64,000 bases of DNA, from positions 62,001-126,000 of the forward strand of contig JAUCBJ010008094.1 in NCBI GenBank assembly GCA_032718475.1. Direction: 5' to 3'. The DNA comes from Nemertoderma westbladi (Eukaryota > Animalia > Xenacoelomorpha). Every line of letters starts with the position of its first letter. Within the stretch, counting starts at the first letter, position 1. Of this stretch, positions 45,263-57,100 are shown piece by piece. Position numbers and translations under genes: made by a program. The notes beneath the pieces are model-generated. The model saw only the letters and a list, made by a program, of their open reading frames with translations. It did no database searches and was not told where the DNA came from.

Positions 45263-46200
45263 GTGCGGGGGCGGAATGAGACCATGGAGGAGACTCGGTT
45301 TCGGAGACGGAGCGGGGTGGAAGGAGACCATGGATGAGTCTCGGTTTCGGAGACGGAGCGGGGTGTGCGGGGGTGGAAGGAGACCATGGATGAGTCTCGG
45401 TTTTGGAGATGGAGCGGGGTGGAAGGAGACCATGGATGAGTCTCGGTTTTGGAGACGGAGCGGGGTGGAAGGAGACCATGGAGGAGTCTCGGATTTGGAG
45501 ACGGAGCGGGGTGGAAGGAGACCATGGAGGAGTCTCGGTTTCGGAGAAGGAGCGGGGTGGAAGGAGACCATGGATGAGTCTCGGTTTCGGAGATGGAGCA
45601 GGGGGTGGAAGGAGACCATAGAGGAGTCTCGGTTTCGGAGACGGAGCGGGGTGGAAGGAGACATGGATGAGTCTCGATTTCGGAGATGGAGCGGAGTGGA
45701 AGGAGACCATGGAGGAGTCTCGGTTTCGGAGACGGAGCGGGGTGGAAGGTAACCATGGATGAGTCTCGGTTTCGGAGACGGAGCGGGGTGGAAGGAGACC
45801 ATGGATGAGTTTCGGTTTCGGAGACGGAGCGGGGTGGAAGGAGACCATGGATGAGTCTCGGTTTCGAAGACGGAGCGGGGTGGAAGGAGACCATGGATGA
45901 GTCTCAGTTTCGGAGACAGAGCGGGGTGGAATGAGACCATGGCGGAGTCTCGGTTTTGGAGACGGAGCGGGGTGGAAGGAGACCATGGAGGAGTCTCGGT
46001 TTCGGAGACGGAGCGGGGTGGAAGGAGACCATGGAGGAGTCTTGGTTTCGGAGAAGGAGCGGGTGTGGTGCGGGGCGGAATGAGACCATGGAGGAAACTC
46101 GGTTTCGGAGACGGAGCGGGGTGGAAGGAGACCACGGAGGAGTCTCGGTTTCGGAGAAGGAGTGGGTGTGCGGGGGCGGAAAGAGACCATGGAGGAGACC
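45216..46200. repeat. 46-bp GC-rich minisatellite (GGAGACCATGGATGAGTCTCGGTTTCGGAGACGGAGCGGGGTGGAA), ~20 copies, followed by a poly-C run
   Basis: Period 46 (e.g. 45425 to 45471); internal GAGAC/GTCTC inverted motifs. Confidence 0.95.
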
Positions 46201-46272
46201 CCCCCCCCCCCCCCCCCCAACCACACCCCTGTGCCTTGAAATCTTTCATAATTTTATTGAATAATATTCTAG

Positions 46273-46411
46273 AATGAACCTCTATGAGTTAATGAAAAGG
46301 AATAATTTCCAAGGATTAACGATGAATCTGGTACGACGTTTTGCCTACTCCCTGCTACGATGTTTGGGATTGCTATATGATGAACATATTGTTCATTGCG
46401 ACTTAAAACCG
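46273..46411 (+). CDS. DYRK4: DYRK4-like kinase exon (MNLYELMKRNNFQGLTMNLVRRFAYSLLRCLGLLYDEHIVHCDLKP)
   Basis: attctag|A...AAACCG|gtaggt; contains the HCDLKP catalytic loop; in phase with the neighbouring exons. Confidence 0.93.
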
Positions 46412-49400
46412 GTAGGTGTAAGCCGACACTAACATCATTTAAAATCCGGTAAGTGTAAGCCGACACTAACATCATCTACAATCCGGTAAGTGTAAGCCGA
46501 CACTAACATCATCTACAATCCGGTAAGTGTAAGCCGTCCCTAACAACATCTACAATCCGGTAAGTGTAAGCCGACACTAACAACATCTACAATCCGGTAA
46601 GTGTAAGCCGACACTACCATCATCTACAATCCGGTAAGTGTAAGCCATCCCTACCATCATCTACAATCCGGTAAGTGTAAGCCGACACTACCATCATCTA
46701 CAATCCGGTAAGTGTAAGCTGACACTAACAACATCTACAATCCGGTAAGTGTAAGCCGACACTACCATCATCTACAATCCGGTAAGTGTAAGCCATCCCT
46801 ACCATCATCTAAAATCCGGTAAGTGTAAGCCGACACTACCATCATCTACAATCCGGTAAGTGTAAGCCGACACTACCATCATCTACAATCCGGTAAGTGT
46901 AAGCCATCCCTACCATCATCTAAAATCCGGTAAGTGTAAGCCGACACTACCATCATCTACAATCCGGTAAGTGTAAGCCGACACTACCATCATCTACAAT
47001 CCGGTAAGTGTAAGCCATCCCTACCATCATCTAAAATCCGGTAAGTGTAAGCTGACACTAACAACATCTACAATCCGGTAAGTGTAAGCCGACACTACCA
47101 TCATCTACAATCCGGTAAGTGTAAGCCATCCCTACCATCATCTACAATCCGGTAAGTGTAAGCCGACACTACCATCATCTACAATCCGGTAAGTGTAAGC
47201 CGACACTACCATCATCTACAATCCGGTAAGTGTAAGCCATCCCTACCATCATCTACAATCCGGTAAGTGTAAGCCGACACTAACAACATCTACAATCCAG
47301 TAAGTGTAAGCCGACACTACCATCATCTACAATCCGGTAAGTGTAAGCCGACACTACCATCATCTACAATCCGGTAAGTGTAAGCCATCCCTACCATCAT
47401 CTACAATCCGGTAAGTGTACGCCGACACTACCATCATCTACAATCCGGTAAGTGTAAGCTGACACTAACAACATCTACAATCCGGTAAGTGTAAGCCGAC
47501 ACTACCATCATCTACAATCCGGTAAGTGTAAACCGACACTACCATCATCTACAATCTGGTAAGTGTAAGCCGACACTAACAACATCTACAATCCGGTAAG
47601 TGTAAGCCGACACTACCATCATTTACATTCCGGTAAGTGTAAACCATCCCTACCATCATCTACAATCCGGTAAGTGTAAGCCGACACTACCATCATCTAC
47701 AATCCGGTAAATGTAAGCCGACACTAACAACATCTACAATCCAGTAAGTGTAAGCCGTCCCTAACAACATCTACAATCCGGTAAGTGTAAGCCGACACTA
47801 CCATCATCTACAATCCGGTAAGTGTAAACCATCCCTACCATCATCTACAATCCGGTAAGTGTAAGCCGACACTACCATCATCTACAATCCGGTAAGTGTA
47901 AGCTGACACTAACAACATCTACAATCCGGTAAGTGTAAGCCGACACTACCATCATCTACAATCCGGTAAGTGTAAACCGACACTACCATCATCTACAATC
48001 CGGTAAGTGTAAGCCGTCCCTAACAACGTCTACAATCCGGTAAGTGTAAGCCGACACTAACAACATCTACAATCCGGTAAGTGTAAACCATCCCTACCAT
48101 CATCTACAATCCGGTAAGTGTAAGCCGACACTACCATCATCTACAATCCGGTAAGTGTAAGCCATCCCTACCATCATCTACAATCCGGTAAGTGTAAGCC
48201 GTCCCTAACAACATCTACAATCCGGTAAGTGTAAGCCGACACTAACAACATCTACAATCCGGTAAGTGTAAACCGTCCCTAACAACATCTACAATCCGGT
48301 AAGTGTAAGCCGACACTAACAACATCTACAATCCGGTAAGTGTAAACCATCCCTACCATCATCTACAATCCGGTAAGTGTAAGCCGACACTAACAACATC
48401 TACAATCCGGTAAGTGTAAGCTGACACTATACCATCATTTACAATCCGGTAAGTGTAAGCCGACACTACCATCATTTACAATCCGGTAAGTGTAAACCAT
48501 CCCTACCATCATCTACAATCCGGTAAGTGTAAGCCGTCCCTAACAACATCTACAATCCGGTAAGTGTAAGCCGACACTAACAACATCTACAATCCGGTAA
48601 GTGTAAGCTGACACTATACCATCATTTACAATCCGGTAAGTGTAAGCCGACACTACCATCATTTACAATCCGGTAAGTGTAAACCATCCCTACCATCATC
48701 TACAATCCGGTAAGTGTAAGCCGACACTAACAACATCTACAATCCGGTAAGTGTAAGCCGACACTACCATCATCTACAATCCGGTAAGTGTAAGCCATCG
48801 CTAACAACATCTACAATCCGGTAAGTGTAAACCGTCCCTAACAACATCTACAATCCGGTAAGTGTAAGCCGACACTACCATCATCTACAATCCGGTAAGT
48901 GTAAGCCGACACTACCATCATCTACAATCCGGTAAGTGTAAGCCATCCCTAACAACATCTACAATCCGGTAAGTGTAAGCCGACACTAACAACATCTACA
49001 ATCCGGTAAGTGTAAACCATCACTACCATCATCTACAATCCGGTAAGTGTAAGCCGACACTAACATCATCTACAATCCGGTAAGTGTAAGCCATCCCTAA
49101 CAACATCTACAATCCGGTAAGTGTAAGCCGACACTAACAACATCTACAATCCGGTAAGTGTAAACCATCCCTACCATCATCTACAATCCGGTAAGTGTAA
49201 GCCGACACTAACATCATCTACAATCCGGTAAGTGTAAGCCGACACTAACAACATCTACAATCCGGTAAGTGTAAACCATCCCTACCATCATCTACAATCC
49301 GGTAAGTGTAAGCCGACACTACCATCATCTACAATCCGGTAAGTGTAAGCCATCCCTAACATCATCTACAATCCGGTAAGTGTAAGCCGACACTACCATC

Positions 49401-49692
49401 ATCTACAATCCGGTAAGTGTAAGCCATCCCTAACAACATCTACAATCCGGTAAGTGTAAGCCGACACTACCATCATCTACAATCCGGTAAGTGTAAGCCA
49501 TCCCTAACAATATCTACAATCCGGTAAGTGTAAGCCATCCCTAACATCATCTACAATCCGGTAAGTGTAAGCCATCCCTACCATCATCTACAATCCGTTA
49601 ATTGTAAGCCGACACTACCATCATCTACAATCCGTTAAGTGTAAGCCGACACTAACAACATCTACAATCCAGTAAGTGTAAGCCAACCCTAC
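46404..49692. repeat. 37-bp minisatellite (CCGGTAAGTGTAAGCCGACACTACCATCATCTACAAT), ~89 copies, overlapping the exon donor
   Basis: Period 37; the first unit is the real exon end plus donor (AAAACCG|GTAGGTGTAAGCCGACACTAAC). Confidence 0.97.
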
Positions 49693-49783
49693 AATGTAGG
49701 GTAAATGTAAGCCAAGAATATACTGTATTATATACCTACCTGTAGTAATAAACCGTAGTACTCAGTTTCACTTATATCTATAG

Positions 49784-49865
49784 GAAAATATTCTACTGAG
49801 ACAGAGAGGAAGCAGTGCTATTACTGTTATTGACTTTGGGTCTAGTTGCTACGACAATCAAAAAG
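49784..49865 (+). CDS. DYRK4: DYRK4-like kinase exon (ENILLRQRGSSAITVIDFGSSCYDNQK)
   Basis: tctatag|GAA...AAAG|gtaaat; ENILL and DFGSSC motifs. Confidence 0.93.
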
Positions 49866-49910
49866 GTAAATAATGGTTTAACAATTTATAAATAATTATC
49901 ATTTAAACTC

Positions 49911-50189
49911 TGTAAAAGTAAAAGTAAATTTTCTTAGGCCGATAGGCCAGGGATTACGCACAAAGTCTGTCGACTTATTTCCAGTGCGGTCCCCCCAGAA
50001 CTAAACTCCCCAAAGGAAACTCCGGTACTCATTTAGCTACCACTTAAGGATGCAAGGCGGAGATGCGCCCTGGCTGGTCCCTTTAAAGCATTCGTGCTGA
50101 AACGAAAACTGCCCTGGCCCATGTGAGGATCGAACCCACGACCTACGGGGGATGTGAATTCAATACAACCACTACACCAAGGTGGGACC
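49911..50189 (-). mobile_element. tRNA-derived SINE (~280 bp)
   Basis: Minus strand begins GGTCCCACCT, followed by A box TGGTGTAGTGG and B box GGTTCGATCC. The body contains CATCCTT..AAATGAGTACC and ends in a (TTTTAC)n tail. Confidence 0.75.
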
Positions 50190-50235
50190 TAATCTGTGTA
50201 ATATGTAACATAAATCTACATACAGTTAACCATGG

Positions 50236-50688
50236 CTACATAACTTACCTTTCTCCCTACAGTGTACACCTACATAAGCTACTCTCCTCCCTACTGTGTA
50301 CACCTACATAACTTACCTTTCTCCCTACAGTGTACACCTACATAACTTACCTTTCTCCATACAGTGTACACCTACATAAGCTACTCTCCTCCCTACTGTG
50401 TACACCTACATAACTTACCTTTCTCCCTTCAATGTACACCTAGATAACCTACCTTTTTCCCTACAATGTACATCTGCTGTACATAACCTATCTGTCTCCA
50501 TACAGTGTACACCTACATAACCAACCTGTCCCCCTACAGTGTACACCTACATAACCAACCTGTCCCCATACAGTGTACACCTACATAACCAACCTGTCCC
50601 CATACAGTGTACACCTACATAACCTACCTGTCTCCCTATAGTGTACACCTAGATAACCTACCTGTCTCCCTATAGTGTACACCTACAT
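50236..50688. repeat. 34-bp minisatellite (CTACATAACTTACCTTTCTCCCTACAGTGTACAC), ~13 diverged copies, overlapping the exon acceptor
   Basis: Each unit is a pyrimidine tract + YAG + the first ~13 nt of the exon (TGTACACCTACATA). Unrelated to array A. Confidence 0.93.
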
Positions 50689-50909
50689 ACAGTCCCGATT
50701 CTACCGATCACCTGAAATTATCCTCGGTTTATCGTACGGGAGACCAATCGACATGTGGAGTCTGGGATGTATTGTATCGGAACTCCATACAGGCAGACCG
50801 CTCTTCCCTGGAGAAAACGAGGCCGACCAGCTGTCCTGTATGATGGAATGTATGGGATTCCCACCAACTTCCGTAACAAAAGAGGCTTCCAGGAAACACG
50901 TATTCTTCG
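50676..50909 (+). CDS. DYRK4: DYRK4-like kinase exon (activation loop [18 protein letters not shown]...IDMWSLGCI...PLFPGENE...RKHVFF)
   Basis: ccctatag|TG...TTCG|gttaga; YxY and QSRFYRSPE signature. RSPE rather than RAPE fits DYRK4. Confidence 0.95.
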
Positions 50910-50969
50910 GTTAGAAAAATCATTTCAGACAATGATTAATTATAATTTTTATTACACACATTAAATTTA

Positions 50970-53658
50970 TACGGTGGTGATTTGTGGTCAATTAATTTTT
51001 TTTGTGATTTAAGATTGTGTTAATGAAATTATTATATCCGAAAATAAAATTAATATGTTTTAGAATCGAAAAAAGTATTTAATATGTTTTAACATTCAAA
51101 AAAGGAATGAATATGTTTTAACATTCAAAAAAGGAATTAATATGTTTTAACATCGATAATAATAATTAATATGTTTTAACATCGATAATAATAATTAATA
51201 TGTTTTAACATCGAAAATAATAATTAATATGTTTTAGAATCGAAAAAAGTATTTAATATGTTTTAACATTCAAAAAAGGAATGAATATGTTTTAACATTC
51301 AAAAAAGGAATTAATATGTTTTAACATCGATAATAATAATTAATATGTTTTAACATCGATAATAATAATTAATATGTTTTAACATCGATAATAATAATTA
51401 ATATGTTTTAGCATCGGAAAAAGGAATTAATATGTTTTAGCATCGGAAAAAGGAATTAATATGTTTTAACATCGAAAATAATAATTAATATGTTTTAACA
51501 TCGATAATAATAATTAATATGTTTTAACATCGAAAATAATAATTAATATGTTTTAGCATCTGAAAAAGGAATTAATATGTTTTAACATCGATAATAATAA
51601 TTAATATGTTTTAACATCCAAAATAATAATTAATATGTTTTAGCATCGATAATAATAATTAATATGTTTTAACATCGAAAATAATAATTAATATGTTTTA
51701 GCATCTGAAAAAGGAATTAGAGTAGGCCTAATATGTTTTAGCATCGAAAAAAGGTTTTAATAAGTTTTAACATCCAAAATAATAATTAATATGTTTTAGC
51801 ATCGGAAAAAGGAATTAATATGTTTTAACATCGATAATAATAATTAATATGTTTTAACATCGAAAATAATAATTAATATGTTTTAGCATCGAAAAAAGGA
51901 TTTAATAAGTTTTAACATCCAAAATAATAATTAATATGTTTTAGCATCGGAAAAAGGAATTAATATGTTTTAGCATTCAAAAAAGGAATTAATATGTTTT
52001 AACATCGAAAATAATAATTAATATGTTTTAGCATCGGAAAAAGGAATTAATATGTTTTAACATCGAAAATAATAATAAATATGTTTTAGCATCGGAAAAA
52101 GGAATTAATATGTTTTAGCATTCAAAAAAGGAATTAATATGTTTTAGCATTCAAAAAAGGAATTAATATGTTTTGGTGTTACTAAAAATAGATCTGATTG
52201 CTTATTTGTTTCTGCTAATCTGTTACTAACATGTTGTGAATTTATGTACCTACATAAACCTACAGTACCACTTAGGTCATGATTTCAGTGTTCTTATCTT
52301 GTCCCATGATTGTTTAGGGTAGAAAAGTAAAGTGAAACCAAACGGATGTAAATATTACGCAGAAACCTGTGCATAACTAAGCCCAACTTATCACTCTTGG
52401 TTAATGCATTAGATATACTATATACTGTAGCATCGAAAAGAGACTGAACTAAAGTAAATTGAAATGTGAAAATTTTTTTAGCGTCCCTAGCGTTTCGTGT
52501 AAGATTTAAAAATTTCGCCAAAAAGACTAGGTACTCCTCCGTTATTTCCCATTTTCATTTTTCGATACTTCTATTCTTCGGCCACTTTTTTTATTTTCAT
52601 TTTCTATTTCTGATAATTGGCAATTTTGTAAAAAAAAATTTTTAATTATTTTATAAAAATTGATTTTTTTAAAAAAATTGCGGAAATATTCTGAAATCAA
52701 AAAAGGTGGCCGAAGAATTAAATCTTATTCAAATTCCTTTCACAAAAAAAAGGTTAAGAAATGGCGGAGGAGTGTGTGTTTTTTGTGCGAAAAAATGTTA
52801 TTCCCATTGAAGTTTGAACCTTCCCGCGCAAAAACTGTCTGTTAATATGTGATAATGTCTGTCAATATATATCTAGCAACACGAAAGCACAAAACCATGA
52901 TAAGATTTTAGCTATGGGGGTTTTCCTGGTCGCTGATTTAATTTCTAAGGTCATTTTTCAGTTTTAATGAAATCTAGATTGTCTGTATGTCTGTCTGTCG
53001 GTCTATCAGACTAACCGACAATCTGTCAAAAATATAAGGAAAGGGCGGATTTTCAAGCTAAAGGTTTATCTCTAGGGGTTTTCAGGGTCGCAGAATCCAT
53101 TTCGAGTGTCAGTTTTAACATTCATTTGATTCCAAATTGTCTGTTTGGCTATCAGACTGTCGGTTGTATTTTGACGGACAGACTGACCGGCTTACAGACA
53201 GGAACGACGACGCCAAATTTAATTTTGATATTAGGAATGAAGTCACGAACCAAGAAAACCCATATTGGAAATTTTTTTAAAAAAATTTTAAATAGTATGA
53301 ATTCTATTCTTTTGGAGACATACTGACGGACAGACCGACAGTAAAACGGACAAACAGCAATATCTCGAGAAGTAAGATAGATCTTGCTAAACGGTTTTCA
53401 TATTTGGAATCTTGATTAAATTCTGCTCTAAATGGAATTTAAAAACATGTTAAAACATATTAATTCCTTTTTCCGATGCTAAAACATATTAATTATTATT
53501 TTCGATGTTAAAATATATTTATTATTATTTTCGATGTTAAAACATATTAATTCCCTTTTTCGATGCTAAACCATATTAATTTTATTTTCGAATATAATAA
53601 TTTCAATAACACAATTTTAAATTACAAAAAAATTAATTGGCCACAAATCACCACCGTA
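50970..53658. mobile_element. Non-autonomous TIR DNA element, 2.69 kb, TACGG...CCGTA termini (IS3EU-like)
   Basis: Left end TACGGTGGTGATTTGTGGTCAATTAATTTTT is the inverted match of right end AAAAATTAATTGGCCACAAATCACCACCGTA, and the match continues >200 bp through subterminal repeats. Flanks AATTTA / CATTTA (5/6 match). No transposase ORF. Confidence 0.8.
51048..52174. repeat. 29-bp AT-rich subterminal tandem repeat (AATTAATATGTTTTAACATCGATAATAAT / ...TAGCATCGGAAAAAGG), ~39 copies; ~5 inverted copies at 53441-53585
   Basis: Period 29; reverse-complement copies lie next to the right TIR. Confidence 0.92.
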
Positions 53659-53805
53659 CATTTATTTGAAAACGCGCATTTAATTATTTGATAACAAAAT
53701 GTAGAAGTTTTATTTGCTTTATTAGTTTTATATTAAGTAGTTAGTTGCGCCTCCTAGTGGTCTTCGTTGGTATAATTTTTACAACAAATAAATATATTTC
53801 TTTAG

Positions 53806-53935
53806 ATTCGCAAGGAAAACCAAAATCGGTTACAAACAGCCGTGGGAGGAAGCGCATGATTGGTTGCAAGAAGCTGTGTCAGTTGGTCCGCAGTACAGAC
53901 GTTTTATTCTTGGACTTCATACAAAAATGTCTTGA
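53806..53935 (+). CDS. DYRK4: DYRK4-like kinase exon (DSQGKPKSVTNSRGRKRMIGCKKLCQLVRSTDVLFLDFIQKCLE)
   Basis: tttctttag|AT...CTTGA|gtaagt; short basic CMGC insert like DYRK4; FLDFIxxCL motif. Confidence 0.92.
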
Positions 53936-54071
53936 GTAAGTAAAAGTGGCTACAAACGGATTTGGTCCTCCTTTTGCTTTTATATAGGCCGTAGGCCTAT
54001 TATTATTCTTTTATATTGAACTTTTTATTTAGTTTTGTCTTCCATATAATATTTAACATTAATTAATACAG

Positions 54072-54193
54072 ATGGGACGCGGATTCGAGAATGACTCCAG
54101 CTGAAGGACTGCAACACCCCTGGATAAATGAGGGAAGACGGTTGCACCGGGAGAATATGAGTCTATCCCGTCAGTCAGATACTAAAAGGAGAG
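54072..54193 (+). CDS. DYRK4: DYRK4-like kinase exon (WDADSRMTPAEGLQHPWINEGRRLHRENMSLSRQSDTKRR); 3' boundary inferred
   Basis: aatacag|A TGG; subdomain XI WDxxxRxTPxxxLxHPW. Probable donor AGAG|gtagga at 54194; if unspliced, the frame stops at 54309. Confidence 0.82.
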
Positions 54194-57100
54194 GTAGGAA
54201 CAGTCAGATACTAAAGGGAGGGCTTGGTTGGAACAGTCAGATACTAAAGGGAGGGCTTGGTTGGAACAGTCAGATACTAAAGGGAGGGGTTGGAACAGTC
54301 AGATACTAAAGGGGTTGGAACAGTCAGATACTAAAGGGGTTGGAACAGTCAGATACTAAAGTTGGAACATTCAGATACTAAAGGGAGGGCTTGGTTGGAA
54401 CAGTCAGATACTAAAGGGAGGGGTTGGTTGGAACAGTCAGATACTAAAGGGAGGGGTTGGTTGGAACAGTCAGATACTAAAGGGGGGGCTTGGTTGGAAC
54501 AGTCAGATACTAAAGGGAGGGGTTGGTTGGAACAGTCAGATACTAAAGGGGGGGTTGGTTGGAACAGTCAGATACTAAAGGGGGGGTTGGTTGGAACAGT
54601 CAGATACTAAAGGGAGGGGTTGGTAGGAACAGTCAGATACTAAAGGGGTTGGAACAGTCAGATACTAAAGGGGTTGGAACAGTCAGATACTAAAGTTGGA
54701 ACATTCAGATACTAAAGGGAGGGCTTGGTTGGAACAGTCAGATACTAAAGGGAGGGGTTGGTTGGAACAGTCAGATACTAAAGGGAGGGGTTGGTAGGAA
54801 CAGTCAGATACTAAAGGGGGGGCTTGGTTTGAACAGTCAGATACTAAAGGGAGGGGTTGGTAGGAACAGTCAGATACTAAAGGGGGGGTCAGATACTAAA
54901 GGGAGGGGTTGGAACAGTCAGATACTAAAGGGAGGGGTTGGTTGGAACAGTCAGATACTAAAGGGGGGGTTGGTTGGAACAGTCAGATACTAAAGGGAGG
55001 GGTTGGTAGGAACAGTCAGATACTAAAGGGAGGGGTTGGTTGGAACAGTCAGATACTAAAGGGGTTGGAACAGTCAGATACTAAAGGGGTTGGAACAGTC
55101 AGATACTAAAGTTGGAACATTCAGATACTAAAGGGAGGGCTTGGTTGGAACAGTCAGATACTAAAGGGAGGGGTAGGTAGGAACAGTCAGATACTAAAGG
55201 AGTTGGAACAGTCAGATACTAAAGGGAGGGGTAGGAGGAATATTCAGATACTAAGGGGAGGGGTAGGAACATTCAGATACTAAAGGAGTTGGAACGGTCT
55301 GATACTAAAGGGAGGGGTAGGTAGGAACAGTCAGATACTAAAGGAGTTGGAACAGTCAGATACTAAAGGGAGGGCTTGGTTTGAACAGTCAGATACTAAA
55401 GGGAGGGGTTGGAACAGTCAGATACTAAAGGGAGGGGTTGGTAGGAACAGTCAGATATTAAAGGGAGGGCTTGGTTGGAACAGTCTGATATTAAAGGGAG
55501 GGCTTGGTTGGAACAGTCAGATACTAAAGGGAGGGCTTGGTTGGAACAGTCAGATACTAAAGTTGGAACATTCAGATACTAAAGGGAGGGCTTGGTAGGA
55601 ACAGTCAGATACTAAAGGGAGGGGTTGGAAGGAACAGTCAGATACTAAAGTTGGAACATTCAGATACTAAAGGGAGGGGTAGGTAGGAACAGTCAGATAC
55701 TAAAGGGAGGGGTTGGAAGGAACAGTCAGATACTAAAGTTGGAACATTCAGATACTAAAGGGAGGGGTAGGTAGGAACAGTCAGATACTAAAGGGAGGGG
55801 TTGGTAGGAACAGTCAGATACTAAAGGGAGGGCTTGGTTGGAACAGTCAGATACTAAAGGGAGGGGTTGGAACAGTCAGATACTAAAGGGGTTGGAACAG
55901 TCAGATACTAAAGGGGTTGGAACAGTCAGATACTAAAGTTGGAACATTCAGATACTAAAGGGAGGGGTAGGAGGAATATTCAGATACTAAGGGGAGGGGT
56001 AGGAACATTCAGATACTAAAGGAGTTGGAACAGTCAGATACTAAAGGGAGGGGTTGGTTGGAACAGTCAGATATTAAAGGGAGGGCTTGGTTGGGACAGT
56101 CAGATACTAAAGGGGGGGGGTTGGAACAGTCAGATACTAAAGGGAGGGGTTGGTTGGAACAGTCAGATATTAAAGGGAGGGGTTGGAAGGAACAGTCAGA
56201 TACTAAAGGAGTTGGAACAGTCAGATACTAAAGGGAGGGGTTGGTTGGAACAGTCAGATACTAAAGGGAGGGGTTGGTTGGAACAGTCAGATATTAAAGG
56301 GAGGGCTTGGTTGGGACAGTCAGATACTAAAGGGGGGGGGGGGGGGTTGGAACAGTCAGATACTAAAGGGAGGGGTAGGTAGGAACAGTCAGATACTAAA
56401 GGAGTTGGAACAGTCAGATACTAAAGGGAGGGGTTGGTTGGAACAGTCAGATACTAAAGGGAGGGGTTGGTTGGAACAGTCAGATATTAAAGGGAGGGCT
56501 TGGTTGGGACAGTCAGATACTAAAGGGGGGGGGGTTGGAACAGTCAGATACTAAAGGGAGGGGTTGGTAGGAACAGTCAGATATTAAAGGGAGGGCTTGG
56601 TTGGAACAGTCTGATATTAAAGGGAGGGCTTGGTTGGAACAGTCAGATACTAAAGGGAGGGCTTGGTTGGAACAGTCAGATACTAAAGTTGGAACATTCA
56701 GATACTAAAGGGAGGGCTTGGTAGGAACAGTCAGATACTAAAGGGAGGGGTTGGAAGGAACAGTCAGATACTAAAGTTGGAACATTCAGATACTAAAGGG
56801 AGGGGTAGGTAGGAACAGTCAGATACTAAAGGGAGGGGTTGGTAGGAACAGTCAGATACTAAAGTTGGAACATTCAGATACTAAAGGGAGGGGTAGGTAG
56901 GAACAGTCAGATACTAAAGGGAGGGGTTGGTAGGAACAGTCAGATACTAAAGGGAGGGGTTGGAAGGAACAGTCAGATACTAAAGGGAGGGGTTGATAGG
57001 AACAGTCCGATATTAAAGGGAGGGCTTGGTTGGAACAGTCAGATACTAAAGGGAGGGGTAGGTAGGAACAGTCAGATACTAAAGGGAGGGGTTGGAAGGA

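Noticed and set aside
45094-46277. Pro/Ser/Arg-rich ORFs on both strands
   Set aside because: They are translations of the GC-rich 46-bp repeat inside a DYRK intron.
46404-49692. CRISPR-like array (30-40-bp periodicity, here and in the other arrays)
   Set aside because: There are no unique spacers and no cas genes, and the context is a spliceosomal intron.
50110-50189. tRNA gene on the minus strand
   Set aside because: A and B boxes are present, but there is no convincing cloverleaf or oligo-T terminator and it continues into a SINE-like body and tail.
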